A DNA stretch of 51,332 nucleotides, filler included, from Catajapyx aquilonaris (GCA_000934665.2; 3 parts of 3 records of this genome joined end to end with filler, not necessarily neighbours in it), one strand, 5' to 3'. Numbered from the whole stretch's first letter, positions 32,465-47,003 are shown. Notes: generated by a model not told the origin, from the letters alone. Numbers and translations are program-made.

Positions 32465-33084
32465 ATTAGGGCCTCACTTACGTAGAAAGGTAGTACAGAG
32501 CGACGCCCTTTCATGCATGGTCATGTACAGTATAAGTTTCAGTTTCTGTAAGAGAAGCTTCGAAATTATTTATAATGCTGTGAATTGCTTTTTGATTCGT
32601 CTTCGTACTTCCATTACTGTATTTTGTTGCCAGCAGATGCTGAGCGAATTTTTGTGCGGAAACGGGAAGAATATTATTTTACGCGGATGAATATATTGGA
32701 GATTGACATCACGTGATTTTTCATGAATCAAATTATTTCATAATATCATTATTTTACGTACTACTGATGTCCAAATAATATGCAAGCATTTTCATGAAAT
32801 TGGCTCAGCATGTATAGTGTCACTTACGGATGTACTACATACGGTACACACTGTATAGAAATATTTACTTAAGGCTATAGGAAAAAATAGGCAAAATGGC
32901 AAAACATTCATGTCGCTCGCATATGAGCCTAATATCGAGTGCCCCCCCCCCCCGCTCTTCCTCCCCTTCCCCGGACCCCTCTACAATATTGCCCCCTTTC
33001 CAGAAAACATACACTCTGTACGGTCACAAAAATGGTTCAATTTACAGATATTGCAAAAAAATAATAAGAAGAAGAAGTTGAACC

Positions 33085-33128
33085 AAGGCTCGCGACCCTG
33101 CCCGCGACCCCCTGGTTGGAAACCACTG
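33085..33128. mobile_element. hAT/Charlie-like terminal fragment
   Basis: Ends CGCGACCCCTGGTTGGAAACCACTG (rc CAGTGGTTTCCAACC); partner end not identified. Confidence 0.35.
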
Positions 33129-33131
33129 GTA

Positions 33132-33440
33132 CAGGGGGTGCGTATGTGAGAAGCATNGTACATGCCTGCTGCATGCCTGCATTGCTGGTTGCCGGAGTCA
33201 GGCGGTTGAGCAATGGTATGGGCGGGTCTGGGAGTGCGAGGGCCTGGCCACCGGCAACCAGCAACGCAGGAATGTACGGAGGTATCCATACTTGTCAGGA
33301 TAGACATCGCCGATGTCAAAGGTCGACATCTTCTAGACGTAGAGTCGCCGCGCCGGCCTTTCAGGCCCATGCCATGCCTTTACCATACGCACCCCCCTAT
33401 GCCACCCATATCATTTTGGCATACGAATTCGGGAACACTT
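33132..33440. repeat. Dispersed repeat/MITE fragment, homologous to 40683-40816
   Basis: Inverted repeat AGGGGGTGCGTATG / CATACGCACCCCC; shared GGTATCCATACTTGTCAGG...CGCCGGCCTTTC.GGCCC.TGCCATGC...TGGCA.ACGAATTCG. Confidence 0.6.
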
Positions 33441-33970
33441 ACTGGCGGTATATCAGTTGAAGAGAATGAGAAAATTATCTTATTCAGTTAATTCGTATAT
33501 TATTATGCTTTAATTACCGTTTTCATTATTTTTGAACAGCATTTTGAGGATATTGCTTACTTGATTGTGCCGAGTTTACATAATGTTTCGGAGCGTTTAT
33601 TCTGGAAAGAACATCTCAGGCATGGTCAGTGGCTCTGGAGAAGAGGATAAACGTGCCATGGACGATTTCCCGGTACTAATTACATTACGTATCATACAAA
33701 TAATAATTTATTCCCGATAAGTACGAGGGGTTCATCCAGGATCAGAGTGGCCACTGAGCATGAACAATACGGAATGTCTGTGCATACTTGCATAACATTC
33801 ACCCAACAAGAAAGGACTTGGAGAAGATATATAGTGAAGGAGTTGCAGTAAGTTGTACTGCTTTCTGCGACAGAACAATTGCAGCATCCTAATTCTACAG
33901 ACTACAGTTTTGTAGAGGCTGTACGATAAATCAAGGCGGTATAATATATAGTAAAGAATGGCTAAACGGC

Positions 33971-34070
33971 NNNNNNNNNNNNNNNNNNNNNNNNNNNNNN
34001 NNNNNNNNNNNNNNTTAATTAATTAANNNNNNNNNNNNNNNNNNNNNNNNNNNNNNNNNNNNNNNNNNNN
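33971..34070. other. Artificial assembly gap linker (44N + TTAATTAATTAA + 44N)
   Basis: Same 100-nt cassette as 16965-17064. Confidence 0.95.
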
Positions 34071-36480
34071 CCCTCTTTCCGACCTGCATCTCCACTCTCC
34101 GTTTGTATAGCTCGCCCTATATACTTTCCCCGTTGCCACGAGTGCTACTATTATGCCGACCCCAGTGATTTTAATTACTTTCATTGACTCTCCAGGGAAG
34201 CAAGGAAGGATCCTGCTGGAATGGCAGTTTTGAAAAGGTTTTTGCTGGGGGAGGGAGCGGTCTGGTGGATGGGCAACACTCCTCCCCCTATTCCCTCTCG
34301 CTCTCTAGATCAGAAACAAAACGAATGGGAATCGATGTTTGCGCGGGTCTCGCGCCAGATTTCATCTTAATGAAGAAGTGTTTGGATTGAAATGGAAAGG
34401 CCTGGAGGCTCCTTCCCTCCCCCTTTTCTCACTCACTGCCAGATTTATTTAGTAAAAAAATGTGTATGCAGATCAATCAGTGCCAACCCCCTCGACTTTT
34501 GAGTCACGGAGCATCACCAAACTTGTCAGCAGTAGCAACAAGCGTCATGGCGACGCAAGCCAAGCGTGCATGGGATCCCCACACACACCTTTGAATCCTC
34601 TCCTATAATAGCTCTTGAACCCATCCCACCCACCCACGCCCCAACTGCCCCCCTTTTCCCTCCATCCCCTACCTCCCCCCTGCGAAAAAGAACTTTTCAA
34701 TCACCCTCCCGACTGCAATGCCATTGGGAGGGCAGAATGGGTGGGACAAAGCCCAGCTCTGACACAAAAGGCCCGGGGCGAGGGATGGGACAATAGGCCA
34801 ACCCGAGGACTAATTACAAGAGATCAACAGCTAGAGGCCCGACCTATACAAAATGAGGGTTTGAACCGAAAGCCTCGTGTATATCCTGTACGCTGCGGCC
34901 TCCAATAGATTTTGTTGCCGAATCATCTAGTGGAAATAAATTATGCTTGGAGTGCCGGTATAGAATCGGAGGAGCAGAATAGGTTGCAAGAGGGGGTGGG
35001 TGGGTGGGTGGGGATGTGCTCATTTGCGTCACCCTCCAAGATCAATTGAACGGTGCGATATGAGGGAAGTAACAGTGTAGTTGTGGAGCAGCACCTGCAT
35101 CCATAGACTGAGTTATCGCCTGCCCTTATTGTCCTCAGGATCGTCTCATTTGGTCCCTTTAATTATTGTATCCTGCAGAGACCCCTCTCCGGCAGCACCA
35201 GAAGCTTCGAAAAAGTCCAAGTCACTCGAGGGAGGGGGAGACCTGCTCAAGTGACAATGATCTGATTCAAAACGTTTCAAACTCGTTTGTGGGCTCTGCC
35301 CAGGGGGAAAATTTGCAGGCGCAGTAAACAAGCTGTTATGCTTCACACCCCCTATTATTACATGCGCTGCCAGGTAGCTGCGCTTATAAGCAGTGACGAG
35401 TCCATTGGCTGATGCGTCTCCTAAAGAAATGTGATGAGTTAACAGGGTTGGAAAAAAATGGGGGGAGACCGGGTAATTGCATGTCTTTCATCATCTGGTG
35501 CCAAAGACCTCATATGCGCTGCCTTGCATGATGGATAAAAAGAGGAGAGGGTGATGGGGAGGAGGAGACAAGGGACCAGCACTGGATGAACAACTTGTGC
35601 GGAGCTTAGGACCATCGATAAGGTTTGTCGCCATCAGTTTTTCACAGCAGGCCATGTCGTGACTGCAAACGCGCCAAGTCACAGCACCGCCAGAGTGCAA
35701 ACATAGCGAGCGTGATTAACGCGACAGTTAGTGCGCAACAAGATGAATTTACGCCAAACTCCCCGAGTCGGAATAGTCAAGGCGGATGCGAGAGTTTTAC
35801 ACCGGCAGGCCTCCAAGTTAATGGGCATGATGTGTCAACTGTATACTACTGGCTGAAAACACGCCAAGCTGAGTTGTAAAGCATCGGCTAAATATAATTA
35901 TACATAAGTCTCAAATTGTGAAAAATCCAGGAAGTAGGGCATGAAATGTCAAAGAACCAACCTGTAACGATGTGTAGCTATATAGGGAGCTATAATATCC
36001 TGCGAGATATATTTGCAAGGTCGCTTCAGGCACAGTAATCATTATCATCCTCAAATGATGTTCCCGATAGGCAACCATTGGCATGCGCAGGTAATTTTGT
36101 CTTAGAAATCAGATCCTATAGGGGTATAGTATAAAGCGCGCCTTTATGTTAGCCTATACACACCACCCTGATGTATACATTCAAATGTCGTAAGGTACTG
36201 TATACATGGTAAGCCTATTAACGGTACAATAATTTGGAAGGCATTTTCAGGTAATCCCCCCCACAACTGCAAGTTCTGAAGAAATCTGTTGCGTTATAAA
36301 AACAGGGTCATGGGTTACTTAACGTGATGAAAATATTTCGTCAATATACAGTATGTTTTCCGGTGGGCATGCAATCCATAATATATTTCATCTATAAATT
36401 CATGAATTTACTTCAAAATTACATTGCAACAACTATTTTCAAAAATACGGGAGAATATAATAATTTTATAGGTACTGTAT

Positions 36481-37052
36481 CCTCCTGAGACCAAATGTCC
36501 ATTTAAATGGACATTCGAAGCAGAAAAATCCTCCGCATGGAGTGTAACTTTTGTATACGTATACACCTGTACTGTACCTATATAATTATACACTCATAAG
36601 GAAGTGTAATTTGTACTATATACAGCTCAGTTTTAAACTATATGTAGAATAGCGAGGTACCATTCTAAAGGAGGCAAAAATAGAAGGACCCATTCCTGAA
36701 GTTTTGGTCCTGAAAAAAAATCATATTTATCTTTAATTATTGTCTTCTCAGAGGAAGACCACAGAATTCCACAAATGAATGTAATATAATATTACAAAAC
36801 ATTGTTTGGAGGATAGAGCACTATGAGTGATCCATTAAAATAATGGCATTTAACTTTCCAGCATTCATCAGTTCAGCTTTTGTGGCGACTATTGAGTCCT
36901 AATGTCCTCAAAAAATTGTTTCTTTTTGTCATTATTTGGTCAATATTTATTTTAGAGCTATAATTTTTTTCGCTTTTCTTATAATGCGGAGAAAATGCAA
37001 CAGGAACTGACATTGTGTTGACAAAATGTTTCTCGCCGGGTCTCAGGGCCTA
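36481..37052. mobile_element. Possible degenerate TIR element
   Basis: CCTGAGACC at the left end and GGTCTCAGG at the right end, with an AT-rich interior. Confidence 0.3.
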
Positions 37053-37495
37053 ACCTCTGGATTACGACTTTTTATTAATCACACTGTGATTGGAATTACT
37101 GGAAAACGGCCCAAGGTACGTAATAACATAAAATTTAGCAAATGTATGATTCTTATATTATTATTATTACCATTATCACATCCTAATTGCACTATAGTGC
37201 AAAGCAAAAGCAGAAGCTTTGCACTATAATATATTCGTACAAGACTCTTGTATCACAATCATTTTACCATTAAGACATCCGTATAGGCCTATTCCTTATG
37301 GTATTTGACAGTTTTACCCATTTATTACTTATGTTATACCGGTATACAGTAATATTATTGCGCAATTTCTCGAATTTCTAGATTTAATCTTAATTTATTG
37401 CAACTCTCTATTCTGTTCTCTATCTCTGCATCATACCTGAGCTTATACTGTATATTGTGCTAATTAAGATTTTCAAAAGAAACTGACTCAATATA

Positions 37496-37829
37496 TAATA
37501 ATTGGTTGGGTAATGCTTTCACCCATCAGGGTTTATCGCATAGACCTTTATTATTAGTTGTTGGTGTATACATAGTACATTAGCGTATCGCCCGGGCCCA
37601 CGGGCAGGATGACAGGAGGGGATGTGCAAGGTGCAGTGCATCTGACGCTGTGGCCATTTTTAGTGAACTCCCCCGGGTGGTTTAGTCTGTGGAAATACCA
37701 CCCGAGACGAAGCCAGAGGTGACCCTGAACTCTGCACGAGATGAAGGGGGTGTCCCCGGGTTCGGATCGAACCAGGAACCTTAACATCCGTGGGCGCATA
37801 CGTTACCGCAGCACCACTCCGCCTCCCTT
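37496..37829 (-). mobile_element. tRNA-derived SINE family D, full length
   Basis: Minus strand A box TGGTGCTGCGG and B box GGTTCGATCC; body shared with 984-1216; perfect 14-bp TSD ACTGACTCAATATA (37482-37495 / 37830-37843). Confidence 0.9.
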
Positions 37830-39877
37830 ACTGACTCAATATAAGTAACCAAATTATCATATGAATATATCTTGTTCGATTCGATCAAATAGTCCCATTT
37901 TATAACTTTGTTCAAGTTTCGTGTAAATGCTTTAAGATTGGGGGACTAATGTCTAGAATTTATTTATTTTTGCTTAAAACGAGTTCCTAATTCAGGCGTA
38001 TAGAAAGTGACAACCACTGAAACTGTGCAAAAAAAATCAATCAAAACCAGCGAAAGTTTTTGTGGCAAGATATTTGAAACTATTTTAATTTTTTATTTGC
38101 TCTTAATTCAAAATGAAAACATGCACTTAACATATTTCCTTACATCCTCCAATTGCGGTCAATAAGCTTAAAACATACAATATAAAACATAATGAAACAA
38201 ACTCAGCAATAGGGAACACTGTATAAAAATATTTGAGAAGAAATAATTTCAACTCCAGAAGCGAGCAATAATTTTTAACTTATCCAAACTGCTATATTTT
38301 AGGAAGAACATATAAGTTATAATAAGTAGAAAGTCTCTCGTGGACGCCCATAGTCTTAGGGCTATTAGGCCCTAACTCAAATATTGAGGAAAATTAAATT
38401 CGAAAAGTCAAAGTGAAGTTTTTAAAAAGAAGCTTGAGTGCAAAACTCAAAATATTTTAAATCGCTTAGGGGGGGGGGGGGNNNNNNNNNNNNNNNNNGA
38501 TATAATCATCATCAGGAGGATCTACAAAACGTTGCAACACTTCGAAAGATTTCCTTATTGTGCATTTACTCCCCTTCAATTGTAATTTTAATAGCACATC
38601 AATGAAAAGTTGATATTAAAATGAGAGGCAATAAAACTACCACGGTTAGTGCGGTGGAGTCACAATAATATCTAGATGTTTATTCATCGATGTATTACGT
38701 GTTAATGCATTAACCGCCTGTAAAGACATTAATCAATAACCCAAATCTATACATGGTCTGAATTAGTCTCCTCATTAAATATTCATCACACACTTGAAGA
38801 GATTCTGATCTCTTCATATGGGCGTACATGTCTCCTACAGGGCTCTGAATAAAATGGAATATGCATTACGCCCGATATTTTAACCAGCCTTTTTTTCATA
38901 TTTTTCGAAAATATCTCTTTCATTTTGGTAGAGTTTACTCCATCAAAATCATGCCTACCATGAGCGACACACACTTCACGTTCATGCAACAATACATATC
39001 CCAGTCTAAAAATTGAGCAACCCCCTGAATTGCGTCTCATTACTTGTAAGGGCTCAGCAAATGAGGCAGTTAGCGATCCTGATGAAAAATATCGACTTCT
39101 CCAAATCAATAAAAAACCAACTCCCAAAACCGACATGTAACAATCCTAGAAGCCCCATATACACATCCAATAGCAGAAATTCCTCTCTCCCCATCATGAT
39201 AGACCCCCCCATATAAGAAGAAGAAGCCCTCCCGATGCAAATCCGTCACCCCCAAAATGATCGGGGTCAAAGGGTTGTCGCGGGCCATGTTCTCCCTTGG
39301 GGGGTAGCCAATAACAGTCAAGGGGCAGGATCTGTCGTGTAACAAGGCCCGCCGTTGGTAAGAGTGCAAAGTGGCGGGAAAACCCTCGCGTGGGAGGAGC
39401 CTACAAGCCTCCGCCCAATAAACGTCACCAGTTGGGGGAGGAGGGAAAGGGGGGGGGGGNTCCCAAGACGGGGGAGAATTATTGTGTGTGTGTGTGCATT
39501 ATTGTGAGTGTGTGACAATCCCAATTCCAGTGTCCGTCATACGGTCCGCCATCAACTTCAAGAGACTAAATTCGTCTGCCGGTGCCTGTCATCTTTTAGA
39601 GCAGTAGGCCTATTTGGTGTTGCAGGAGTCAGTAACGTTTTTGCATTACAGCCTGTGTCAACTAATTCGTGCTAAATTATATGCTAATAAATGGTCTAAT
39701 AAAGTGCAATATTTCGTAATTTCAAAACAAAGGGATTCTTAAATAGCAGTCGAGTTACAATTGACTGATTTATAATTGTTTGCTGGTTTGAGTCATCCGT
39801 CATGCATCTGCATATCAATACAATATGATTACATAATTAAAGAAATTAAATGGCAATCAGCTGAATGGCCCAATATA

Positions 39878-39937
39878 GGGGAGGTGTGGTGGCCGAGATG
39901 GTAACGTCTCGGCTTGCTGAGTGAAGGCCCCAGGTTC
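39878..39937 (+). mobile_element. Tailless SINE family B head (60 nt)
   Basis: GGTGGCCGAGATGGTAACGTCTCGGCTTGCTGAG is identical to the 6820 SINE head; ends in the B box; perfect 15-bp TSD GAATGGCCCAATATA (39863-39877 / 39938-39952). Confidence 0.85.
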
Positions 39938-40071
39938 GAATGGCCCAATATAAAACAATTAAAATACAAGATATTTGGAATTATTAAAGAGCATATAATT
40001 ATTCAATAGCAATTTTCCATATTTCCAGTTAAAATTGCCTTGTCAGGCTTTTAATCTATCGACTGTGAGGT

Positions 40072-40154
40072 ATACATTATTTGTATAGCTTTTAATTCAG
40101 ACTATTACACAGTAATTCAGTAATAGTCTGAATTAAAAGCTACAAATAATGTAT
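40072..40154. repeat. AT-rich hairpin, about 34-bp arms
   Basis: ATACATTATTTGTA(TA)GCTTTTAATTCAGACTATTAC ... GTAATAGTCTGAATTAAAAGCTACAAATAATGTAT. Confidence 0.7.
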
Positions 40155-40682
40155 TTTTTCTGCACACCCTTCTCAATAAATTATTCTACTCTCCTGAACT
40201 TCAGTTGTTGTTCTATATTCGGTTGTAATTCTTATACGTTGAGAATATCAAATTCAGTCAGTTTTTCCTTTCCTAACCAGGCAGGCTGATACCATCCTGC
40301 TTACTCTCGGATCAGTACACCTTGTACAGTACAGTACATTGATCGAAAAAGGTGACGAAGCAGTCTTTGTTGTCAAAAAAGTAAAATCAATAGATCTGTT
40401 ATTTGTGCTCATCCAAGTAATATCAGAATTTGCTTCATGTATAGAGTGATTCACCAACTTATTTTAAGACATCCGTTTAGTAACCAAGTGCATAATAATA
40501 ATAATGTATACCGTACATGATATATATTCCCTAATATGTGCATATACTGTATATGCTTCAAATATAATTTAAAATATTAATGACATACACACGCAATAAT
40601 AAATCGCCACAGCAAAAACTCAGTGTTGTCCATATATCATTTCAACCCTACCGGATTCGTCCTACCTGAAGCAAAGGAGTTA

Positions 40683-40816
40683 CAGGCATGCAGGGGTATC
40701 CATACTTGTCAGGGTAGACGTCGTCGCCGGCCTTTCGGGCCCGTGCCATGCTTCTTCCATATGCACCGCCTACGGCCCATGTATCTTTCTGGCAGACGAA
40801 TTCGTGACCACCCTGT
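40683..40816. repeat. TE fragment ending CACCCTG|TA, homologous to about 33265-33437
   Basis: Shared sequence blocks with the 33132-33440 repeat; Tc1/mariner-type right end GACCACCCTGTATA. Confidence 0.6.
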
Positions 40817-40833
40817 ATATACATATCAGTATA

Positions 40834-41060
40834 CAGGGTGTTCCAAATATCCGGGTCACTTTTGGATAACTGCTATTGCCCGATAGCTGTTATTTTTGTA
40901 GCATGTTGTACCCCGATTTAGTTGCCCCATTCTATAGCACCTGATAGGCCTATATTCGATCCCCAGTGGGTCGAATATAGCAGAACTTATAGAATGGGTC
41001 AACAAAATCGGAGCACAACAAGTTACAAAAAAAAACCGGCCGGATATTTGGAACACCCTA
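40834..41060. mobile_element. Tc1/mariner-type MITE (CAGGGTG end)
   Basis: TA|CAGGGTGTTCCAAATATCCGG ... CCGGATATTTGGAACACCCTA. Confidence 0.75.
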
Positions 41061-44000
41061 CCATAGCTGCTGTATAATTATAGTTATAGAATACAGAGGT
41101 AAGAGCACTTGGCGACTAGCACTGCCAAACTATTTGTCAGGTTAATCTGTTAAAGCTCAATATAACACTTTTATAGAGCAACCTGTAAACCTGCGCGAAC
41201 AACTCTACAGGAGCAACATGTATATGAACTATTAATTTAAAAATGCGTGTAAGTTTAAATTACTATTAGCCTGTTATCATGACTTACATATTGTACTAAC
41301 TTCTTTTTGTAAATAGTGTAAACCATTTTAATTGTGTCATTTATCCGTCTAATGTTATTATTGGGTCTCTGATGTTGTGCAACCAATAATACCGAACAAC
41401 CTCTCTGATTGCATGGCTACACCCCTCGCAGCGTGTAAGTTATATGTAAAGTACGTAGCCTATACAGTATACTGTACTGGTATAATTATGTCATCGCTCA
41501 AAAACGATGTCTTCCTAATAACTTTACCGCATTTTTAATTAAATATTGATCCGCAACCATCCGCATTCTAAATCTTACTCGTTGAACATGAGCTCACTTC
41601 CAGATGCAAAGCCTCACATATGCTGCCAATGTTACACACTAGCCTCAATCATGACAAAGTTATCGCTTATGCAGTATTATACTCCTATAGGGTGACAGCA
41701 TGATACGGGACACTTATCTTCATGCCATGAAGCAGGCTGGTTCACGTTGGTATGGGCGTACTGCTGGTGAAATGTCGGTTGTCATTTGTCACCGAGGCCT
41801 AGCGTTTGCAAGGACCAACATGCAAAATTGATATAAATAAACACAGCCATATACCCCTCTGTGTAGAAGGTGTGGTAAAGTGGCAGAGAAAGCGATTTAG
41901 AAATCAATAGTTGGCAAGCACTTGCATGCATCAGCCACGAGAAAAAAAAAAGGCTACCCCAATAATAGTTTGTCATCACCTTACAACTACACGATTCCTA
42001 ACTTACATTTTTAAACCCCCCAGATAAGTCGCGTCAGATAGTCTAGACACCACAAATCGCCACCTAAATCTGAAATATAGTACGAAGCTCCCTATTACCC
42101 TCTAATAATTCCTCCGAAGTGTGTGTGATTACCTCACTAAATTTCATATGAAGAAAGTGGCATATTTTTTTGGACCCAATGTACTCCTTGATCGGCCCTC
42201 CCTAAGCCTGCAATACAGATCGATATCAGCACCCTCCCCTCTCTTTATGCACGGCTTATGCTTCCGCCAAGCAGCTCAAGCCACAGAAGAGGCCTATTAT
42301 TTAAATAAAAATGTGGCTGGCCCTGGATTATTCATCAAGTGACCATAATACCCTCAAACGAATATCTATCCCAGTCAGGCCACTGAGGATAACGACACAG
42401 TTTGTACATGGTCTACTTGCCTCGCCACATTTATTTTTCCCTTTTCATGGAGGTTCTGGCCTTAATCGCTAAGTTATAGGTTACAGACTCAGTTTTTCTC
42501 TTCAAGAAATCGAGTCTTTCTGTCTCCATTTGCTCGTAACGGACGTTAAGCAAATGGGCCTTCATCACTTATTCATGACAAAAGCTCGTCACGAAATCAA
42601 CATAACTTGAGGGTTTCCAACCAAGGTCTCCGGACATGGTGTACAGTGTGGTATAAATTTTTTAAAGAAGACTGTTGTTGTCTACTCATTTTGTATACGA
42701 TTTGCGCCAGGATAAGCATTGTAATGCTTGCTAAATTATTTGCGCACGTTTGGATGTCGGAATAGCAGCTAGATATACAGCAATCTGTCAACCTACCTGG
42801 TGGATTGTTATATAAAAATTATGCAAATTACCGGATGGTCAGCACGTAATCTTTGTTCAATTTCCTATACAGGCCTTGGGCAATGGGTCTGTATATGTGG
42901 TTGGTAAAGGTCAGGCACAAACTTGGTACCAGCTGGAGGTGTGCTTATGTATCAGTCACACCACGTTTTATAGACGTGACAATGCCAGGTTTTTTTTTGG
43001 TAACAAAAAAAAAGTTAGATGCTAATGACTATTTATGCATGGAGGAGCCACAGCTGGAAGAAAATATATTTGGCGGGCTCTCTTGGCCTTCGCCAACTTA
43101 CACCGCGACTACTCCTAAACCAGCCTTCTAATGATGACTTATGTAACTCGCGAGACGTGACTAATGAAGCTGACATGGATTTATTCACATCTGGTTCGCC
43201 CAAATGAAAATCGATTCCTTTAGTACCTTTGAAGCTTACATGCTGCCTAGGTTTAGGCCCCTTTACCAGGGGTTAATACCGAACGGACGAATCGTATATA
43301 CACAAGCGTGCTCAATTCCTGCTTATCCCCTGACAGCTCTTCAATAGGGTGAGGAAAGCCTCCTTTTGCCGCATTATTCCACTGAACATCTCAGCAATTC
43401 AGGTGCTTAATTGAAGCCGTCATTTTTTACAAATAAAATGTACATATGCGTCATGGACGTGGTATGACCGATTGTCCCTCGTTCTGCGCAGGCGCAATGG
43501 GGAAATCAGCGCCTCTGGTGGATGGAAGTAGTAGTGCTATATATTCGTATGAAAAAATAATGGGCATTCTGCATTGAGTCGAGCAAGTTAGACGTAACCT
43601 CATCAGACACAAGAGCAAAGTGGGCAGCTGTACACATTTTGTGCTCAAGTTGCCTCGACTTGTCGACAGGTCCATCCTTCCTCCTTGTCCGCCACAAAAT
43701 AGGGCTCCACTGCTTGTCCATTCACACAAAACTAAGTTGGCCACAATATTCGAGTGTTTGCACTTGTGTATGGCTGCTGGTGCGGGAGGGTCTGGTCACA
43801 TGGAATATTGTGCGGAGCGGATTCAATGGCCGCTCTCTCGCCGACTCCTTTTGTGGAAGGGCAGCTCTCTGGCCTGCTCTCCGGCAGCATCACAAGGCGG
43901 AGGGACAAGGCCAGCAGATACGCCTCATATTATAATGAACGGAAAAGGAAGAGGAAGCCAAAGTATCGCTCCTGCCATCTCTTCAACTTGGCGGCGGCGA

Positions 44001-47000
44001 CATGGGACAATTCCAGTCGGTCCTGGGATATGTATTGCAGGATAAGACTGGTGCTAGTTTATCTGTAGCTGCTGCACTCCGTAGAGGAACAAAAGGTGGG
44101 GTCGGGTCTCCTCATCATCATTTTGCTTGGAAGTAGCAGCAACCGAGTGGCCTTCTCCAATCAGTATCATTAGTCCGGGTCTTGTTAGTGAGCCGTGCAT
44201 TGTGACGCACTTTGGAAAGCAGCACAGCACGTGATTAATTCCCGCAGCGTCTCCCTTTTTATTAAGGAATTCAATGGGGTCGTTTGAATATGGAAACCCC
44301 CGGTATAGTGGCAGTCCCCTTGCATTCTTCCCTTCCTGTTGTCCGTTTTTGTTGCGGATATCCCATCAGTCATAACCGTCAGCCCCGCGAGTGACGGCTG
44401 GCATAAAGAATCGCTTCTTCCGGCCCCCTTTGTCAGCAAATGACAACGGATTCCAGCACTTGGAAACTTCTGGCGTCAGGTGCCTATGTGCACATGACAT
44501 GTACTTGCGCGATACATGTTATACCATCAGGACTGCCCGACGACCCTTCCCCCGCCCAAGACGACCACAGAGCGGTGAAAGGAATAAAAACTCGCCTTGT
44601 CCGGCGCCAAAGATTCCCATGGGCCTTGGAACAAAAACCGCACTTTGAGCCCCGAAGAATGGTGGGTGCCCGTCGCTGGTATTGTGCACCATTGATGCCT
44701 TTCGTCACAACAAAAGAATTGCCAGACTTTTGTGCCTTTCTTCTCCTTTGCCTTTCACTTGTCCCTGTGTAAGCCCCCCGATCTTGTTCGCCTCCTTTTT
44801 GTGGTCCCATTAAGCAACACACAATACTCCTGGAGGTGCCAATACCGTCGTAACCTGCCAGTAATAACACCACGTACCCTTTACTCGGAAGTAACATTGT
44901 CGAACCCCATCGCACCAAATAGCACAATTTTTTAAGGGTGAATCAGCATCCTCCCTCTGGACCACTAGAAGCAAAGGTAATGACAAAACCGGAGGTACAT
45001 CACTTCCCTTACTGATGAACCGGATAAGCTCAGCATCGCAGAGAGAAGCCTCTCCTTTTTCGCCTGAATGATCTACGATACGACACTCCCATTGTCCCAT
45101 CCATAAACGCCGCTCACAAAAGAACCAATAAAGAGGGGGAAAGGAGCCCCTCCGTTCAGAATAATAGGTCCTAAAGAGGTTCCTCATAATAGGCAAAGAC
45201 TGATGTTCCTTGTATCCTCCCGCCAGCCCAGCAAGGATCCTCCGCCCAAAAAGGGGTGCCCCCATCATCCAATATCATCCCCATATTCTCAAACACGCCC
45301 ACACCCATCACATCCCGGAAGCTTGCGCTCTCTCGACCCAGGGCCACCACAATAGCCACCAAAAAAAAAACTCCATATTTCTCAAACCTCACGATTGCAT
45401 ATGCGGCCATGATCGCATGATCATTAATAATGTTATAGGACCGCCCATTTTTCAGAGAACCAATAAAAATAAGCTAAGCAGTCATTATCATTATCATATA
45501 ATAATAGTCATGTACCGATTCATGTACTGACTGGGAGGTGGTATTTTGTGATCAGCAACTGTCGGTTCATCGGTACAATTTCATGTTACTGACCTTGTTC
45601 AATACAATCATAACATTTTATGGCATCATTTGTTAGCGAGAAAAACCTCACAAATTAAATGATGAAGATGCTCATTGCACAAAGCAAGTGTTACATTTAC
45701 AACGGAATGACTTTAGCGTGATGCCCAGCAGTGTCCAGCATCGCCATTCGTAAACCGGTCATCTCGATCATTGCACAAGAGTGTATCTATTTGAACAAAC
45801 CTCTAGGCCGACCATAGTCCATTTCCCCCCTCTTCCTCTTAAGTGATTAACATTCATTGCCCCTAGGCACATTATTCAAGTACACAACAAGCCTCATACC
45901 AAAGAAAGAGTCCACAAACTGCATGGAAACCTGTCCGAAGCTCGTTGCTCTCGGCCAACGGGATTTGACCATAAAAGCCCCTCTGCCAAGGCGTTAATTG
46001 GCTACGAGTGTAAACGCTTACATTTTATTTGTTGAGGAAAGGGCTTGACCCTCAAACACCACCCTTGTCCCATGCAATGGCAAGCACACATTTCCAATCC
46101 TGTTTCCTCACAAGAGGCCTAAGAAGGCATGGTGCTTATTTATTTTTTTCTAGGTTGGTTGTTGCGTGTGCCACCACCCACTCTCAGTACACTGGTTCCC
46201 CCCACCCCCAATAATGGTCATCCTTGTCCAGCGAGTGTGTTTGGTCATTAGATCAATCCAGGAGCCCCCAGGGGAGGAGGTAGGAGCCAAAGAATATGGA
46301 AGAGGGCAGGGGAGGTTGGTGGGAGGAGGGGGAATTTTTCCTTTCTTTCTCAGCTGCCCGTATTGTCCAGAATCCGGTTGTCGAGTTCCAATGCGCTCAA
46401 AGTCCGCCTTAGCTTTCATACGCCCTCCTGACAGCCATTCTTCTCAAGATTAATTGACAACAAAGCATCTTGCCCGATAAACATCTTTTCCTACTCGCGG
46501 ATGGAGCTTTGAGGATGGCTGAGCAAGTCCAGCCCCCCTCCCCCCTACCAACTATCAATTTTATTTTTCTTTTGGCGGGAATAATGGGGGGAGGGGGGGG
46601 CAATGGGAGGTGGGGGAGAGACTTCAATGTGGCCGAAAGGGCTGGACAAGACGACCCAAAACGCAATCCATTATCGACCGTTTCCTTAGCACTGTTGCCC
46701 AGGCGATATATCGTGGACATTCCAGCCGCTTCTTATTCACTACATACTGTGTTGTAGTTATAGTGGACACTGATAAGTGCTGGGCTGAGGCCAACATGCT
46801 GCTCCCTATGAGGATGACATGGCCTCATATGAAGTCGAGACCATAAATATGACAGCGGATTAAGACAAGTTTCATGACATTATACAACAGGTGGTGTATT
46901 GCCATGGGTGATTTGCCACCTGCCTGTAATATCTCTATTGAGATCCTGGTTATTTTCGCCTCCTTACACGCACAAGCGCGTGTTTTAACACATTAACCTA

Positions 47001-47003
47001 ATA

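Noticed and set aside
42880..42960. YMWLVKVRHKLGTSWRCA, FLYWCH/MULE-like
   Set aside because: Too short; the remaining Cys/His ligands and a transposase domain are not evident.
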